A stretch of DNA of 64,000 bases from an uncultured Nitrososphaerota archaeon (GTDB lineage Archaea > Thermoproteota > Nitrososphaeria > Nitrososphaerales > CADDZS01), in assembly GCA_963799845.1 (NCBI GenBank), contig CAWCYI010000004.1, forward strand, positions 1,056,001 to 1,120,000. Reading direction: 5' to 3'. The stretch's first letter is position 1. The number at the start of each line of letters is the position of its first letter. The translations under genes and the position numbers were made by a program. This document shows positions 51,390 through 61,038 of this stretch, in pieces. The notes beneath the pieces were generated by a model. The model saw only the letters and a list, made by a program, of their open reading frames with translations. It was not told where the DNA came from and did no database searches.

Positions 51390-52547
51390 ATGGCAGTATA
51401 TGGGAAAACGATCATTGCCTCAGGAATCGCAATAGTAGTTGCCTTGTCAGTTGTTTTGGGCTTTTACTTCATTCAGCCACAACTAGCGAGTCAGGGCGCA
51501 ACATCGACGACCAAGACTACCTCTGTGAATGTCAACGGGACCAATCAGTACTCTAACCTACCAAAGATTTCAAGCGCTGTAAATTCAAACTTAGGCCTGG
51601 AAATGTACGTTTCGTTGAATTCCACACTTGTTAATCCAGGTGAGAGTATGCTTGTGAACATCACCGAAATCAATACACTTTCCAGACAGAGTAACGTGTC
51701 CTCAGCTGGGGATTGGCCTATCAAGGGGCTCACTCTTAGCGCGTGCGGATCGCTAGGTTATCCAGTAGGGGCAGAAATCTTTCAGGGATACTACGATTCT
51801 TCCAATATCTCATCTGCAAATGCTCTGAGCCTCTTCGCCTCAGGCATCTACTCGTGTCCCGCGATCTTTAACGTGGAGTACTTTGTCTTTCAGCCGATGA
51901 GCGACAACGGTACGATCTTCGCAGACAACGGGAACGGCAGCGGTGTCCCGTGTTGTAACGCCATTCCCGGACAGCCATATCCAATCACAGGAATATTGAA
52001 TGTCGGAGGTTACTGGGACAGTCAAAACAAAGAACACAACCTAATCCCAGGAGTCTACACGGTCGCAGCGGGAGACGAGTGGGGAGACATTGTACTGCTG
52101 CATTTCATCGTAACCACGTCAGTCATCTCGGAGGCAACGACAGTTTTCGGTTCCGTTTCGGTGAGTGGTTCGAGCGCTCTTTCAACATGTACTCAACTCG
52201 AGACTGCCCCACTATTCCTGACAATAAAGGCAGCTTCAACTGGAGACCCAATAAATTCTGTTCCGATTACTGTCCAAAAGTTGACTCCTCAAAATCTTTG
52301 CGAAGACAATGGCAACGCTGGCTCCAACAGTTCTGATCTCGGCACAATGGAGACAGATGTAAACGGGACAATTGAATTGCAATGCTGCAGCGGTGATGAA
52401 TTCTTGTTCAACATAACCTATTCTGGAACTAGCTATTACTTCAATGCCATTTCCGAAGGAGCTGAAAGTGCCGAGTGCATTACTTTGTTCCTTCCAACTT
52501 TGGAAACAACTACAACGTACTCCCCACAGTTTCAGTATGAGTGCTAA
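51390..52547 (+). CDS. Anchored surface protein: GDEWG domain + prealbumin-like domain
   Basis: PGVYTVAAGDEWGDIVLLHFIV, then STGDPINSVPI...TDVNG. Confidence 0.82.
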   Translation: MAVYGKTIIASGIAIVVALSVVLGFYFIQPQLASQGATSTTKTTSVNVNGTNQYSNLPKISSAVNSNLGLEMYVSLNSTLVNPGESMLVNITEINTLSRQSNVSSAGDWPIKGLTLSACGSLGYPVGAEIFQGYYDSSNISSANALSLFASGIYSCPAIFNVEYFVFQPMSDNGTIFADNGNGSGVPCCNAIPGQPYPITGILNVGGYWDSQNKEHNLIPGVYTVAAGDEWGDIVLLHFIVTTSVISEATTVFGSVSVSGSSALSTCTQLETAPLFLTIKAASTGDPINSVPITVQKLTPQNLCEDNGNAGSNSSDLGTMETDVNGTIELQCCSGDEFLFNITYSGTSYYFNAISEGAESAECITLFLPTLETTTTYSPQFQYEC

Positions 52548-53407
52548 TGCAGGAAAAAAAGAAGGGAGAGATTTTGGAAGGGTCTTTTGCACGGCCAGTT
52601 CGGCGAAATAAAGCACTTGGTAACGTCACCAAGATCCTCTTCGTGGTAGCGATAATTCTTGTGTTATCAATTAGCTTGTTCATCGGCTATGAAATTGGTT
52701 TGCAAAATGTTCAGACCACAACGCAATCTGTAACCGAAGTGAGCACACAGACCGTCTTTGCCGTTCCCAGTACCCAAACAATCACGACGACAGCGAGCTT
52801 ACTTGTGTTCAATTCATCGAGCTATACATTCCCCGTGAATTGCTGCCTAACGCTACCCGATGCCTTTCTTTTAGGAAACTATTCCTTTAGTACTCTTCTG
52901 TACGCACCACCACCGGGTACAACCAGAAATGGTACTGTGATTACTCAGGCTGGCGGTGTTCTTCTTATTATCGAAATCTCGTCGGGTCAGACGACGGAAA
53001 ATGTTTCATTTAGTTGGGCAGGAACCTTCAGTGAGACTCTGCCTTTTCCGAATAACGCAACAGCTTTCTATGGAGCAGTGCGATTGGTATGGTTTACTAA
53101 TGGCACTTCTGCCCAAGCGCAGGATCTCTATTTGGGAATCTATACGGGCAACTCTCAAATTTTGTCGAATGCGGAAGATTGCACGGTTGCAGAATATACT
53201 ATAGCTCATCTTGCAATGATTCACAACGAAACATCAACTACGATAACGAATTTCACCTCGACGACTTTCGCTCATACAACATCGTTCTACACTACTGCAA
53301 ACTACAGTACCTCCGTAGGCTATGCCTCATCAACAACAACAAGCCCATTAACGCAAACAGGTGAATTCTATTGGACCGTAACGGCATGCCAGTTTGTAAG
53401 TCCCTAG
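52541..53407 (+). CDS. Anchored Thr-rich surface protein
   Basis: RRNKA|LG signal, TM helix, Thr-rich, Cys pairs. Confidence 0.72.
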   Translation: MLMQEKKKGEILEGSFARPVRRNKALGNVTKILFVVAIILVLSISLFIGYEIGLQNVQTTTQSVTEVSTQTVFAVPSTQTITTTASLLVFNSSSYTFPVNCCLTLPDAFLLGNYSFSTLLYAPPPGTTRNGTVITQAGGVLLIIEISSGQTTENVSFSWAGTFSETLPFPNNATAFYGAVRLVWFTNGTSAQAQDLYLGIYTGNSQILSNAEDCTVAEYTIAHLAMIHNETSTTITNFTSTTFAHTTSFYTTANYSTSVGYASSTTTSPLTQTGEFYWTVTACQFVSP

Positions 53408-53928
53408 ATGCAGATGTACCGGATTTATCTGTGCTCTAAGACTTTGCTTGACACTTTCAATTTGCAATCCAAAATAAATCAGTCATGAAGGAATATCTGA
53501 AATTCTAAGAAGTCCTGATTTCGAAATTAACGGTAAGAAATTCCGTTTTAAATTACCGGAAGAATTAAACCAGATACTTTGGTTAACCAGATTGTGTCGA
53601 TTCAGTAAAGATTTAGGAACGATTTTGCAAATTAAGTAAATAGGTAGCTCAACATCCTCATCTTTGACAAAATCATGCAGAAAATCGAAGACGGAAAAGA
53701 ACAACCACGATTGATGGTGGAAAGATCGATTAGGCATAACGAGATTCTAATGGTAACAACGCCGAAAGGATCGAAGTCAGTTTCGCTTTCTGATATTGGA
53801 CTCGGAGACTCGTTCGTCGAAGACGCCTTGAGGGTTCACCTCATTCACTCACTCAAGAAGAAATGGTAGACGGAGTGCACTCTTTATCATCAATTCGCCG
53901 CGCTATTATGGTGAACAATAAGTAAATT

Positions 53929-54210
53929 ATGGAAGTAAGTAAGAAGAAGCTAGCCGTACCGCTTCTCAAAGCGCTGTGGATTTACACTCTGATACTCTGG
54001 ATGTATATTGTGGCTGATATGTTTGTATTTCCCCAGTATCAATATGACCCCATTTCTCGCTTTGTCCCCATTCCACAAAACCTCATTGCCGTAACTGCCT
54101 TTCCTGTTTCCTTCTTAGCTTTCGCTGTTTGGGAATACCTTCGAAATCTGCCAGACTCTACGTCTAATTCAAACAAATCTGAACTAGAAAACAGGCAGTC
54201 TCAGAAATAA
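53929..54210 (+). CDS. Small 2-TM membrane protein
   Basis: Two hydrophobic helices. Confidence 0.65.
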   Translation: MEVSKKKLAVPLLKALWIYTLILWMYIVADMFVFPQYQYDPISRFVPIPQNLIAVTAFPVSFLAFAVWEYLRNLPDSTSNSNKSELENRQSQK

Positions 54211-54524
54211 GAACGAAATAACCCGCTAGAATATTCCTATGTATCAGTGGCAATTGTAGTGACTTTGTAATTACATTCGAAGGACTTTATCGCTGGGGCA
54301 CTCTTTTCTCAAAGATAAGGAAAATATTGGATCAGCTGGTACCAAAATTGTCCTAAATTTGATGGAACAAAAAGAGGGAGAATTAAGATTCTCTGCGTTC
54401 CCTTCAGCGAGGATAATAACCTCTGTACTTCGCCATTCTACTTGAGACGTGACTCCCAGGATTGATGATCGTCTGCATTGTTTATTTGTAACATGGTGAA
54501 AGTAAATGAAGAAAGGTAGTTGCA

Positions 54525-55320
54525 ATGTCGAAAGTTAGAGTGAATGATATTGACATTTACTACGAAGTGCGCGGCGAAGGTTTTCCGTTAGTGATGATTC
54601 AAGGATTAGGCGCCAACTTGGACCAGTGGGACCCGCGCATGGTCCGAGAACTTTCCAAGAGATTCAAGACGGTCACGTTCGACAACAGGGGGGCCGGACG
54701 CACCGACGTATCTGACAGAAAATATACCATCAGACTGTTTGCCGATGACACAGCGGGTCTGATGGATGGCTTGGGGATTTCCAGGGCTCACGTGCTTGGG
54801 CTTTCAATGGGTGGAATGATAGCCCAGGAGCTGACGCTCAACTACCCCCAGAAAGTCGAAAAGCTTGTCCTCTGTTCAACTAACTGCGGAGGCAGATTAT
54901 CAATTCGGCCATCTAACAGTGTGATAGGAAATCTCTTGGTGGACAGAAGCGCTTTGTCCCAAAAGGAAATAGAACAAATGGTAGTTCAAATAACTTTGAC
55001 TGAAGATTTCGCCAAGAAGAACCCCGACTTGGTAAAGGAAATGATGCAACGTGGCCTCAAGGCTCCGATTTCGCCGGAAGCCTTCAGTCGGCAAATGATT
55101 GCAATCTCAGGATTCGACACCCACGACAGACTATCCCAGATTAAGGCGCCCACTCTGATATTCAGCTGGCAAGAAGGATATTCTCGTTCCTCCTGGGAAC
55201 AGTTCAATATTGGCCGAAGCCATTCCCAATGCTAAGCTTGTCTATCTTGAAAGGTCGGCCCACATTCTTACAGAAGATATGGATGAAGTAATCAACTCTG
55301 TAACAGGTTTCCTTGGCTAA
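54525..55320 (+). CDS. Alpha/beta hydrolase; frameshift at ~55163
   Basis: DNRGAG and GLSMGG; shifted frame gives AGKKDILVPP...SAH...FLG* with catalytic Asp/His. Confidence 0.88.
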
Positions 55321-55329
55321 CCTTTCCAC

Positions 55330-55790
55330 TATCGAGAATCCTGCGTAGCATATAGTAACGACTACAGAAAATTCGTCAACCACAACCATATTCATCACAC
55401 AAGTACTGACAATTGTCACAAACGCTTCCTCGACTTCTTCCGTATGCACTGATACTGGCGGTATTGGTTGTCCTCATTTCTTCAATCAGACATTCGTCGT
55501 ATCTGTAGACTACAGCGGGCCTTGGGGGATTATCCTATCAAGGCTGACTGGGTGACGATATATTAGTGCCTCCAATCGTAGCCGACAATTTCTTCGGTCA
55601 TGGTTCAACAAGTGAGTCTATCACCGTAACTGGAGCGGACACTTACGGAATCACAGCGTGCGACGAAGCAAGGAAACTTGACGCATCGAACTCAGTCCTA
55701 GTTTTGACGCTTCAGGCATCGAACGATGTTAATCAGACTGCTGTTCCCTACGGCACAACCAAAACCTGTTTGACGTACGCAATAATATGA
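55330..55790 (+). pseudogene. 5'-truncated, frameshifted remnant of a Thr-rich surface protein
   Basis: ...TTTENSSTTT...CTDTGGIGCPHF...VDYSGPWG(fs)SYQG*LGDD then ORF 55566-55790; no start or signal peptide. Confidence 0.55.
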
Positions 55791-55843
55791 TACTTATCAA
55801 ACCTTCAATATCTTGAAATCCCGAATTTTAAGTCAGCTCGATA

Positions 55844-56215
55844 TTATTCCTGCGACTTCATTGAAAAGAGCGAGATCTTCACGTCTTTAGAAATTTCCAC
55901 CCGGCTGCTCTTTGGATGCTTTATCATCAACTTCGAAACTTCCTGGAGGTTGTTCGTGTTGTAGTGTATCTCGATCTTCTCACGCAAAACGAGGATCGTA
56001 TTTTCGTCGGATACGAACATCGGTCTGTTTCTCCTCCCGGCAAAAAGAAGTCTGGCCCTGTCACTCGAAAATAATGCGATCTTGCTATTCTTCGGAATCT
56101 GCAAGGACTGCAACGCATAGTCCCCCTTTGGAATTTGGATGTTCGCGAAATCTTCGGAAGCTTTCGCACTTGATTCAGTTATCGTTTGTTGGAGCCAGAT
56201 CGTAATATCCTGCAA
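55844..56215 (-). CDS. Hypothetical protein (start probably TTG 56215)
   Basis: 3' part of ORF 55844-56545; TATA-like box near 56250; the longer start overlaps a better + strand gene. Confidence 0.55.
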   Translation of the reverse strand: MQDITIWLQQTITESSAKASEDFANIQIPKGDYALQSLQIPKNSKIALFSSDRARLLFAGRRNRPMFVSDENTILVLREKIEIHYNTNNLQEVSKLMIKHPKSSRVEISKDVKISLFSMKSQE

Positions 56216-56279
56216 AGCGGGAAATTGCTTTACGGCAAGGGATATAATATTGATCTGTGACCGTAAGTGATGATCTGAT

Positions 56280-56702
56280 TTGGTATTCATATTGGATGAA
56301 GGCAGCGAGTTCGATGCTCCGGTCGAGAAGATCTGGCGGTTCATGTCTACTCCGGGAGACCACCACAAACACGCGAGCATGACGAACAGGAAGTTTGAAA
56401 TGGATGGAAAAAGCACGGTCCTTTCTTTTGAAGTTGAAGGCCCGGGGGGTGCGAAGACACTGGTCAAGATCAGGAGTACCCCGCTCGTTCCAGTCGGACG
56501 GATGCTGGAGTATCTCGAAGGGCCGCTCGCTGGTTCAAAGGTCATGTCATATTATATTCCGAAGGATCAAAGAACTGGAATAACTCTCGTGGGCGAATAT
56601 GTCTCAAAAGTGATTCCGGAGGGCCAGCTAAAGACGGTCGTCATGAATCAGTTAGAGCAGTCGTTCAAAGAAGACACCGAGAACCTGAAGAACTTCAAGT
56701 AG
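56280..56702 (+). CDS. SRPBCC/Bet v1-like protein
   Basis: FDAPVEKIWRF...EGPLAGS...EDTENL pattern. Confidence 0.7.
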   Translation: MVFILDEGSEFDAPVEKIWRFMSTPGDHHKHASMTNRKFEMDGKSTVLSFEVEGPGGAKTLVKIRSTPLVPVGRMLEYLEGPLAGSKVMSYYIPKDQRTGITLVGEYVSKVIPEGQLKTVVMNQLEQSFKEDTENLKNFK

Positions 56703-56720
56703 ACCGTCTCAGAATTAAAT

Positions 56721-56758
56721 CTGGCTCCCATCTCCCTGGGAGCCGGTGAAGCTTTTTT
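56721..56758 (+). terminator. Hairpin plus T-tract
   Basis: GGCTCCCA-tctccc-TGGGAGCC then TTTTTT, between convergent genes. Confidence 0.6.
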
Positions 56759-56778
56759 GTAGGATTGAAATGAGTTAT

Positions 56779-57414
56779 CTATCTGGATCTAACATCCTCT
56801 AATTTTTCTGTACTGGCCAGCGCCATTGTCTTCATCTTTCCGGTGAGGATAGAAAAAGAAAGTATGATTACAAATGCGGCAGACGCAGCTGAAGTGGTTA
56901 CTTCCTGAATTGCCACTCCCTGCCACGGCCACCTAGCGACCCACATTATGCAACAAAAGACTCCTAGGATTAATGCGAGGGCACCAGTTTTCGGAGTACC
57001 CATAGGAAACGAGACGTAGCTATAGAGGAAAAGGGACAGTGCAGTGAAGAAGAAGAAAATTATTGATACAATCAAATGGATGTCGCCGAAACTCTCATTG
57101 AAAATCCCAATTGTAGAAAGATCTATCGCGGATATCGTCAGTGGTATTCCCCATATCAGGTACTCCCACGAGAATCTGAAATCTCTCAAAAGCAGGAGGA
57201 CAAATGCAAGAGTCAGCAGCCCAGAAATTATCAGGCCTCCGTCGAAAACTGCTGCAGAACCGCTTGTAATGTTTCGTTGAGCTGAAGTATTTCCAAGATC
57301 GCTCAGTGCGTTGTTGAGCCAGCTGAACCAGGGAGATACAAGGATGGCGATTATGATCGACGAGTAAGCAATGACACCGGCCAAAATCCCTAGGAGCGGA
57401 TAACGCTTTGCCAT
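56779..57414 (-). CDS. DUF998 family membrane protein
   Basis: PWFSWLNNALSDLG and GIFNE...IH motifs. Confidence 0.82.
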   Translation of the reverse strand: MAKRYPLLGILAGVIAYSSIIIAILVSPWFSWLNNALSDLGNTSAQRNITSGSAAVFDGGLIISGLLTLAFVLLLLRDFRFSWEYLIWGIPLTISAIDLSTIGIFNESFGDIHLIVSIIFFFFTALSLFLYSYVSFPMGTPKTGALALILGVFCCIMWVARWPWQGVAIQEVTTSAASAAFVIILSFSILTGKMKTMALASTEKLEDVRSR

Positions 57415-57522
57415 TTATGCTATCTCGTTTTGAACTAACGAACGTGAGCAAGAATTCAATAATAAAATTGCCTAACTGGATTCCGAAGGCAATAATAGCA
57501 CAGACCAAGAAAAGGCGCATCA

Positions 57523-58455
57523 TTGCAAGCCCGCCGGACTGCACTTCTGGGTACTTTATTCGGTACCTCATTCTGGGGGCTTTCCGGAACGGCGTCGCAG
57601 GCTCTTTTCCAGCTGTATCACTTCCCCGTCCTGGGTCTCGCGTTCATCCGGATGGCGGTTTCCGGTCTCCTGCTTCTCGTCGTTCTCCGACCGGCGCTGC
57701 CCGAGTCCAGGATCATCGGCAAACTCATTGCCATCGCGATCTTTGGGTTCGTGGGAACTCAGGTTTCGTACCTCGCCGCGATCCAGTATTCAAACGCCCC
57801 GACCGCAACCTTACTCCAGTTCCTCTTTCTCCCGATGGTCGCGGGTTACGAAGCGCTCACGGGGGCGCTTCGCTGGTCATCCAGGTGGACCGCCATCCTA
57901 GTTTTTGCCGGAGTTGGAACGCTGCTTCTGATCGGCATTTTTTCCGGGGGCGGCTTCAAGGTCTTGATAACACCGATCGGGCTCATCTCAGGGCTGCTCG
58001 CCGCGGTAACCGCAGCCTACTACTCGCTTGCGTCGCGTAAAATCATCAGGGAGCGGGGCTCGTGGTGGCTCCTTACATGGGGATTTATCATAGGCGGTAT
58101 CGTTACATTCCCGCTGGGAATTTTTTCTCTTGCAAACTATACTTTTCCAACAGCTTCACTGTTAGCGGTATTCGGCCTCGTCCTGTTTGTGATAATCTTC
58201 GGAACGATACTCTCGTTCGGGCTGTACCTGTCGGGACTGCGGCGGCTCCCCGCGACCGAGATTGGCGTGGTAGCTTCTTTAGAGCCGATAGCTGCTTCAC
58301 TCGCAGCATATGTGTTCCTTGGCGTCAGGCTGGATCTCATTCAATACTTAGGCGGTGCCATAATTTTATTCGCGGTAATTCTGACGGCGTCGCGTCCGGC
58401 GCAGATCAACCAAACCGGCGAGAGAAAACTTCCTGACCAGGAAAAGGCTGGATGA
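57523..58455 (+). CDS. EamA/DMT family transporter
   Basis: FWGLSG, ATLLQF and LEPIAA motifs; 10 TM helices. Confidence 0.92.
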   Translation: MQARRTALLGTLFGTSFWGLSGTASQALFQLYHFPVLGLAFIRMAVSGLLLLVVLRPALPESRIIGKLIAIAIFGFVGTQVSYLAAIQYSNAPTATLLQFLFLPMVAGYEALTGALRWSSRWTAILVFAGVGTLLLIGIFSGGGFKVLITPIGLISGLLAAVTAAYYSLASRKIIRERGSWWLLTWGFIIGGIVTFPLGIFSLANYTFPTASLLAVFGLVLFVIIFGTILSFGLYLSGLRRLPATEIGVVASLEPIAASLAAYVFLGVRLDLIQYLGGAIILFAVILTASRPAQINQTGERKLPDQEKAG

Positions 58456-58456
58456 C

Positions 58457-59146
58457 TCAGCCCAGCAAAAGATGGGTGTTGAAAAACAGTATCGTCTTCT
58501 CCCACGCGTCCTTCGCGGCCTCCGGTCTGTACCCCTGCTTGTTAGTCTCGTTCGCGAATGCGTGTGGAGCCCCCTCGTAGAGCAAAAGTTGAGCATTCTT
58601 GCCAAGTGTCTTCAGCGTCAGCTCCAGCTGGCGCGCCTGATCTGGCTTTACGGAATGATCCTGATCGCCGTAAATTAGCAGGAGCGGCACAGAGATATTC
58701 GCGAGCTGTTCATCGCTCGGAAGTCTGCTCGCGTAGTAAATTACACCGGCGGAAGCATCCTTCGATTCACACATGTAGTTGAACGCGTGGGTCCCTCCAA
58801 AGCAATAACCCGTAATGCCGACCCGAGACAGGTCAAGCGCCTTCAGATACACTGCCGTACTGTCGATCATTTTCTTAGAGTTTTGAGTCGTTATGCTCAT
58901 CGACAGTTTTCGGGCTTCGTCGGGGTTGCTCGCCGACACCCCCGCGTAAAGATCTGGGGCAATCGCAACATAGCCCTGCTCGGCATATTTATCGGCGATT
59001 CCCTTGACGTGTGGGACGAGCCCCCACCACTCGTGAATTATGATGACCCCAGGCGTCTTGTTACTAACGTTGGCAGGCTTGTTGACGTAAGCTGGAACCT
59101 TGCCGTCCTGCGAATCAATCATAATCATGCTGCCTTGCAGAGACAT
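58457..59146 (-). CDS. Dienelactone hydrolase family protein
   Basis: HEWWGL, GYCFGG and HAFAN motifs. Confidence 0.93.
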   Translation of the reverse strand: MSLQGSMIMIDSQDGKVPAYVNKPANVSNKTPGVIIIHEWWGLVPHVKGIADKYAEQGYVAIAPDLYAGVSASNPDEARKLSMSITTQNSKKMIDSTAVYLKALDLSRVGITGYCFGGTHAFNYMCESKDASAGVIYYASRLPSDEQLANISVPLLLIYGDQDHSVKPDQARQLELTLKTLGKNAQLLLYEGAPHAFANETNKQGYRPEAAKDAWEKTILFFNTHLLLG

Positions 59147-59202
59147 GACGCAGGCCGTCCTTTGCTCATTATTTCAGATTGTCGCAAACACTGGCTAAGC
59201 AG

Positions 59203-59506
59203 CTACTCCATGGAGACTCTGACGATGCTGATTAGACCGATCGTCTCGACCAGGTTGATGACGGTCATGTATGGAGATGCGGCGTTGACTATCGCGACCG
59301 CTGGACCCAAGCTGTAAAGCTGGTACCAGAATATGATGATGGCGATATTTTGCACCAAGAAAAACAGTGCAAAAAATATCAAGCCTATCGTGAACGGCGA
59401 TCTGATCTTCCTGAAGCTCGACGAATAGAGTACGATAAGAATTATGATCAACACCGTGTTAGCTGAGGGCGAAAACCGCGGCCGCGTACAACCAGATATC
59501 CGTCAT
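59203..59506 (-). CDS. Small membrane protein paired with ArsR-like HTH; frameshift at ~59463
   Basis: MTDIWLYAAAVFAL(+1)ANTVLIII...SPFTIGLIFFA..QN; follows the HTH gene. Confidence 0.7.
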
Positions 59507-59515
59507 TATCTATAT

Positions 59516-59833
59516 TCACTTTGTCTCCTTTGATGTCTTATCTACTTTAGCCCAAATCTCCTCTAAGATCGAATATTCGGCTTCCATGTACGGTGAGAGA
59601 AAATACACCGCGCCGTAAGAGCCCTTTTGAGAAGATACGATGAGACCGTTCTGCTCCAGGATCTTGATGTGGTGCTGCACTGTCTTGTAGTCGAGTTTTA
59701 GGTCGGTCGACAGTTTGTTCGCGTTTACAGGCGTAGCCTTGAGATATCGCAGAATTAGGAGCCGGTTTAAGGCGCCCCGGGTTCCGGCGAGAAGATAATA
59801 GAGCAGTCTTCGAAATGCTGGATCTCCGGGCAC
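59516..59833 (-). CDS. ArsR-like winged-helix transcription regulator
   Basis: LLAGTRG..NR...NANKL...LDYKTVQHHI...YG..YF. Confidence 0.88.
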   Translation of the reverse strand: MPGDPAFRRLLYYLLAGTRGALNRLLILRYLKATPVNANKLSTDLKLDYKTVQHHIKILEQNGLIVSSQKGSYGAVYFLSPYMEAEYSILEEIWAKVDKTSKETK

Positions 59834-60188
59834 TGTAGGAACCTACCATTAACCTTAGATCGATGTTTAGGCTGGATTCCGTGTTCGTTTTTCGCCCGAT
59901 AATAACTGTTCTGTACACTTTGTGAATCTGCTCATTGAGTTCGACTTGGCTGAAGACCAGCTGGCTAACCCGAGGGCTGATCAAGACGAGTTCCAAACCC
60001 TCGGAAATCACTAATGGAGTCTCTCGCCATGTTTCATTAAGCCGGTTTTGTCGTCATGATATTTAGAAGAATGCCCAAATCGAACCCAAATTTGAGCAGA
60101 GGTACTGATTTGAAATCATATCAAGATTCGATGTTTGTAATTCATTGAATCATAACTTTATAGTTTGAAAACAGAGCGAAAAAGAACA

Positions 60189-61038
60189 ATGTCTTTTGTC
60201 GTCCAACCGTTCACTGAGAGGGACATGGAAGCGGCGGATGTCGTGCTCAGATCGGCGTTCAAAACTTCGTACGGACGAAAGGACTATATGAGGCGCTACT
60301 TGCAGACTCTTCCCAGTCGTGCGTTTGTCGCAAAAAAGGATGATGAAATAGTCGGTTTCGGAGCTACAATGGATTTCGGCCGCTTTGCGTACATCGGACT
60401 GATGGGCGTCGACCCTAAGGTTCAGCGACAGGGGGTCGGCGGGATGATACTGGAAAACATCATGGATTGGCTTGAGGCTCGCAATTGTCCCACGTTTTGC
60501 TTGACGCCAGCCCTTACGGGGCCCCCCTTTACGAAAAATATGGGTTCGCGGATTCCGACCTGACCCTAGTCTTCCAGCAAAGCAGGACGAAAGAACAGCC
60601 GAAAGGTGAACATGCTCTAAATTACCATCTGACCCAAGGAGAATTTCCGAAACTGGTCTCATTCGATTCGCCGCATTTCGGGGCTGATCGATCCCAGCTT
60701 CTTCACTCATATTTTGAGGACGATCCGATCCGGTTCTTGGTGTCGCGTGATGCGAATGGGCTAATCGACGGCTTTCTGGTTGCACAGCCTCGGGTCATCG
60801 GGCCATGGGTCGTGAGCAATTCCGATGCTGCAGAAGAGCTACTGGTCAGCGCTCTAAGATTTTCCTTCGAAGATTGCCCGACGGTATTCGTTTCTGCGTC
60901 GAACAAAGAGCTCTCGAATTGCTTTCCCGTTACGGGTTCGAGAAACTGCGAACTCAGCGTCACATGTTCAAAGGCAAGCCAATTCATCGCGATCGTCATA
61001 GTTCGATCTACGGACAGGCCACTCTGGGCTTCGGCTAG
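60189..61038 (+). CDS. GNAT acetyltransferase (two-domain); frameshifts at ~60495 and ~60907
   Basis: VDPKVQRQGVG (ORF 60165), LDASPYGAPLYEKYGF...IGPW (ORF 60485), YGF...HM...IYGQATLGFG (ORF 60805). Confidence 0.82.

Noticed and set aside
31468-55790. Diversity-generating retroelement, integron or shufflon behind the surface-protein island
   Set aside because: No reverse transcriptase, integrase or invertase; no near-identical TR/VR pair or repeated attC-like sites seen; genes lie in mixed orientation with their own promoters.
57408-58040. Long alternative ORFs (e.g. 57408-58040, 15743-16348, 58787-59317, 59547-60011, 60150-60785)
   Set aside because: They overlap or lie antisense to well-supported genes and show no motifs; shadow ORFs.
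60074-60096. CCCAAAT direct repeat / CCCAAATTTGAG imperfect palindrome as ArsR operator
   Set aside because: Plausible but short, single-locus and 240 bp from the gene start; not enough support.
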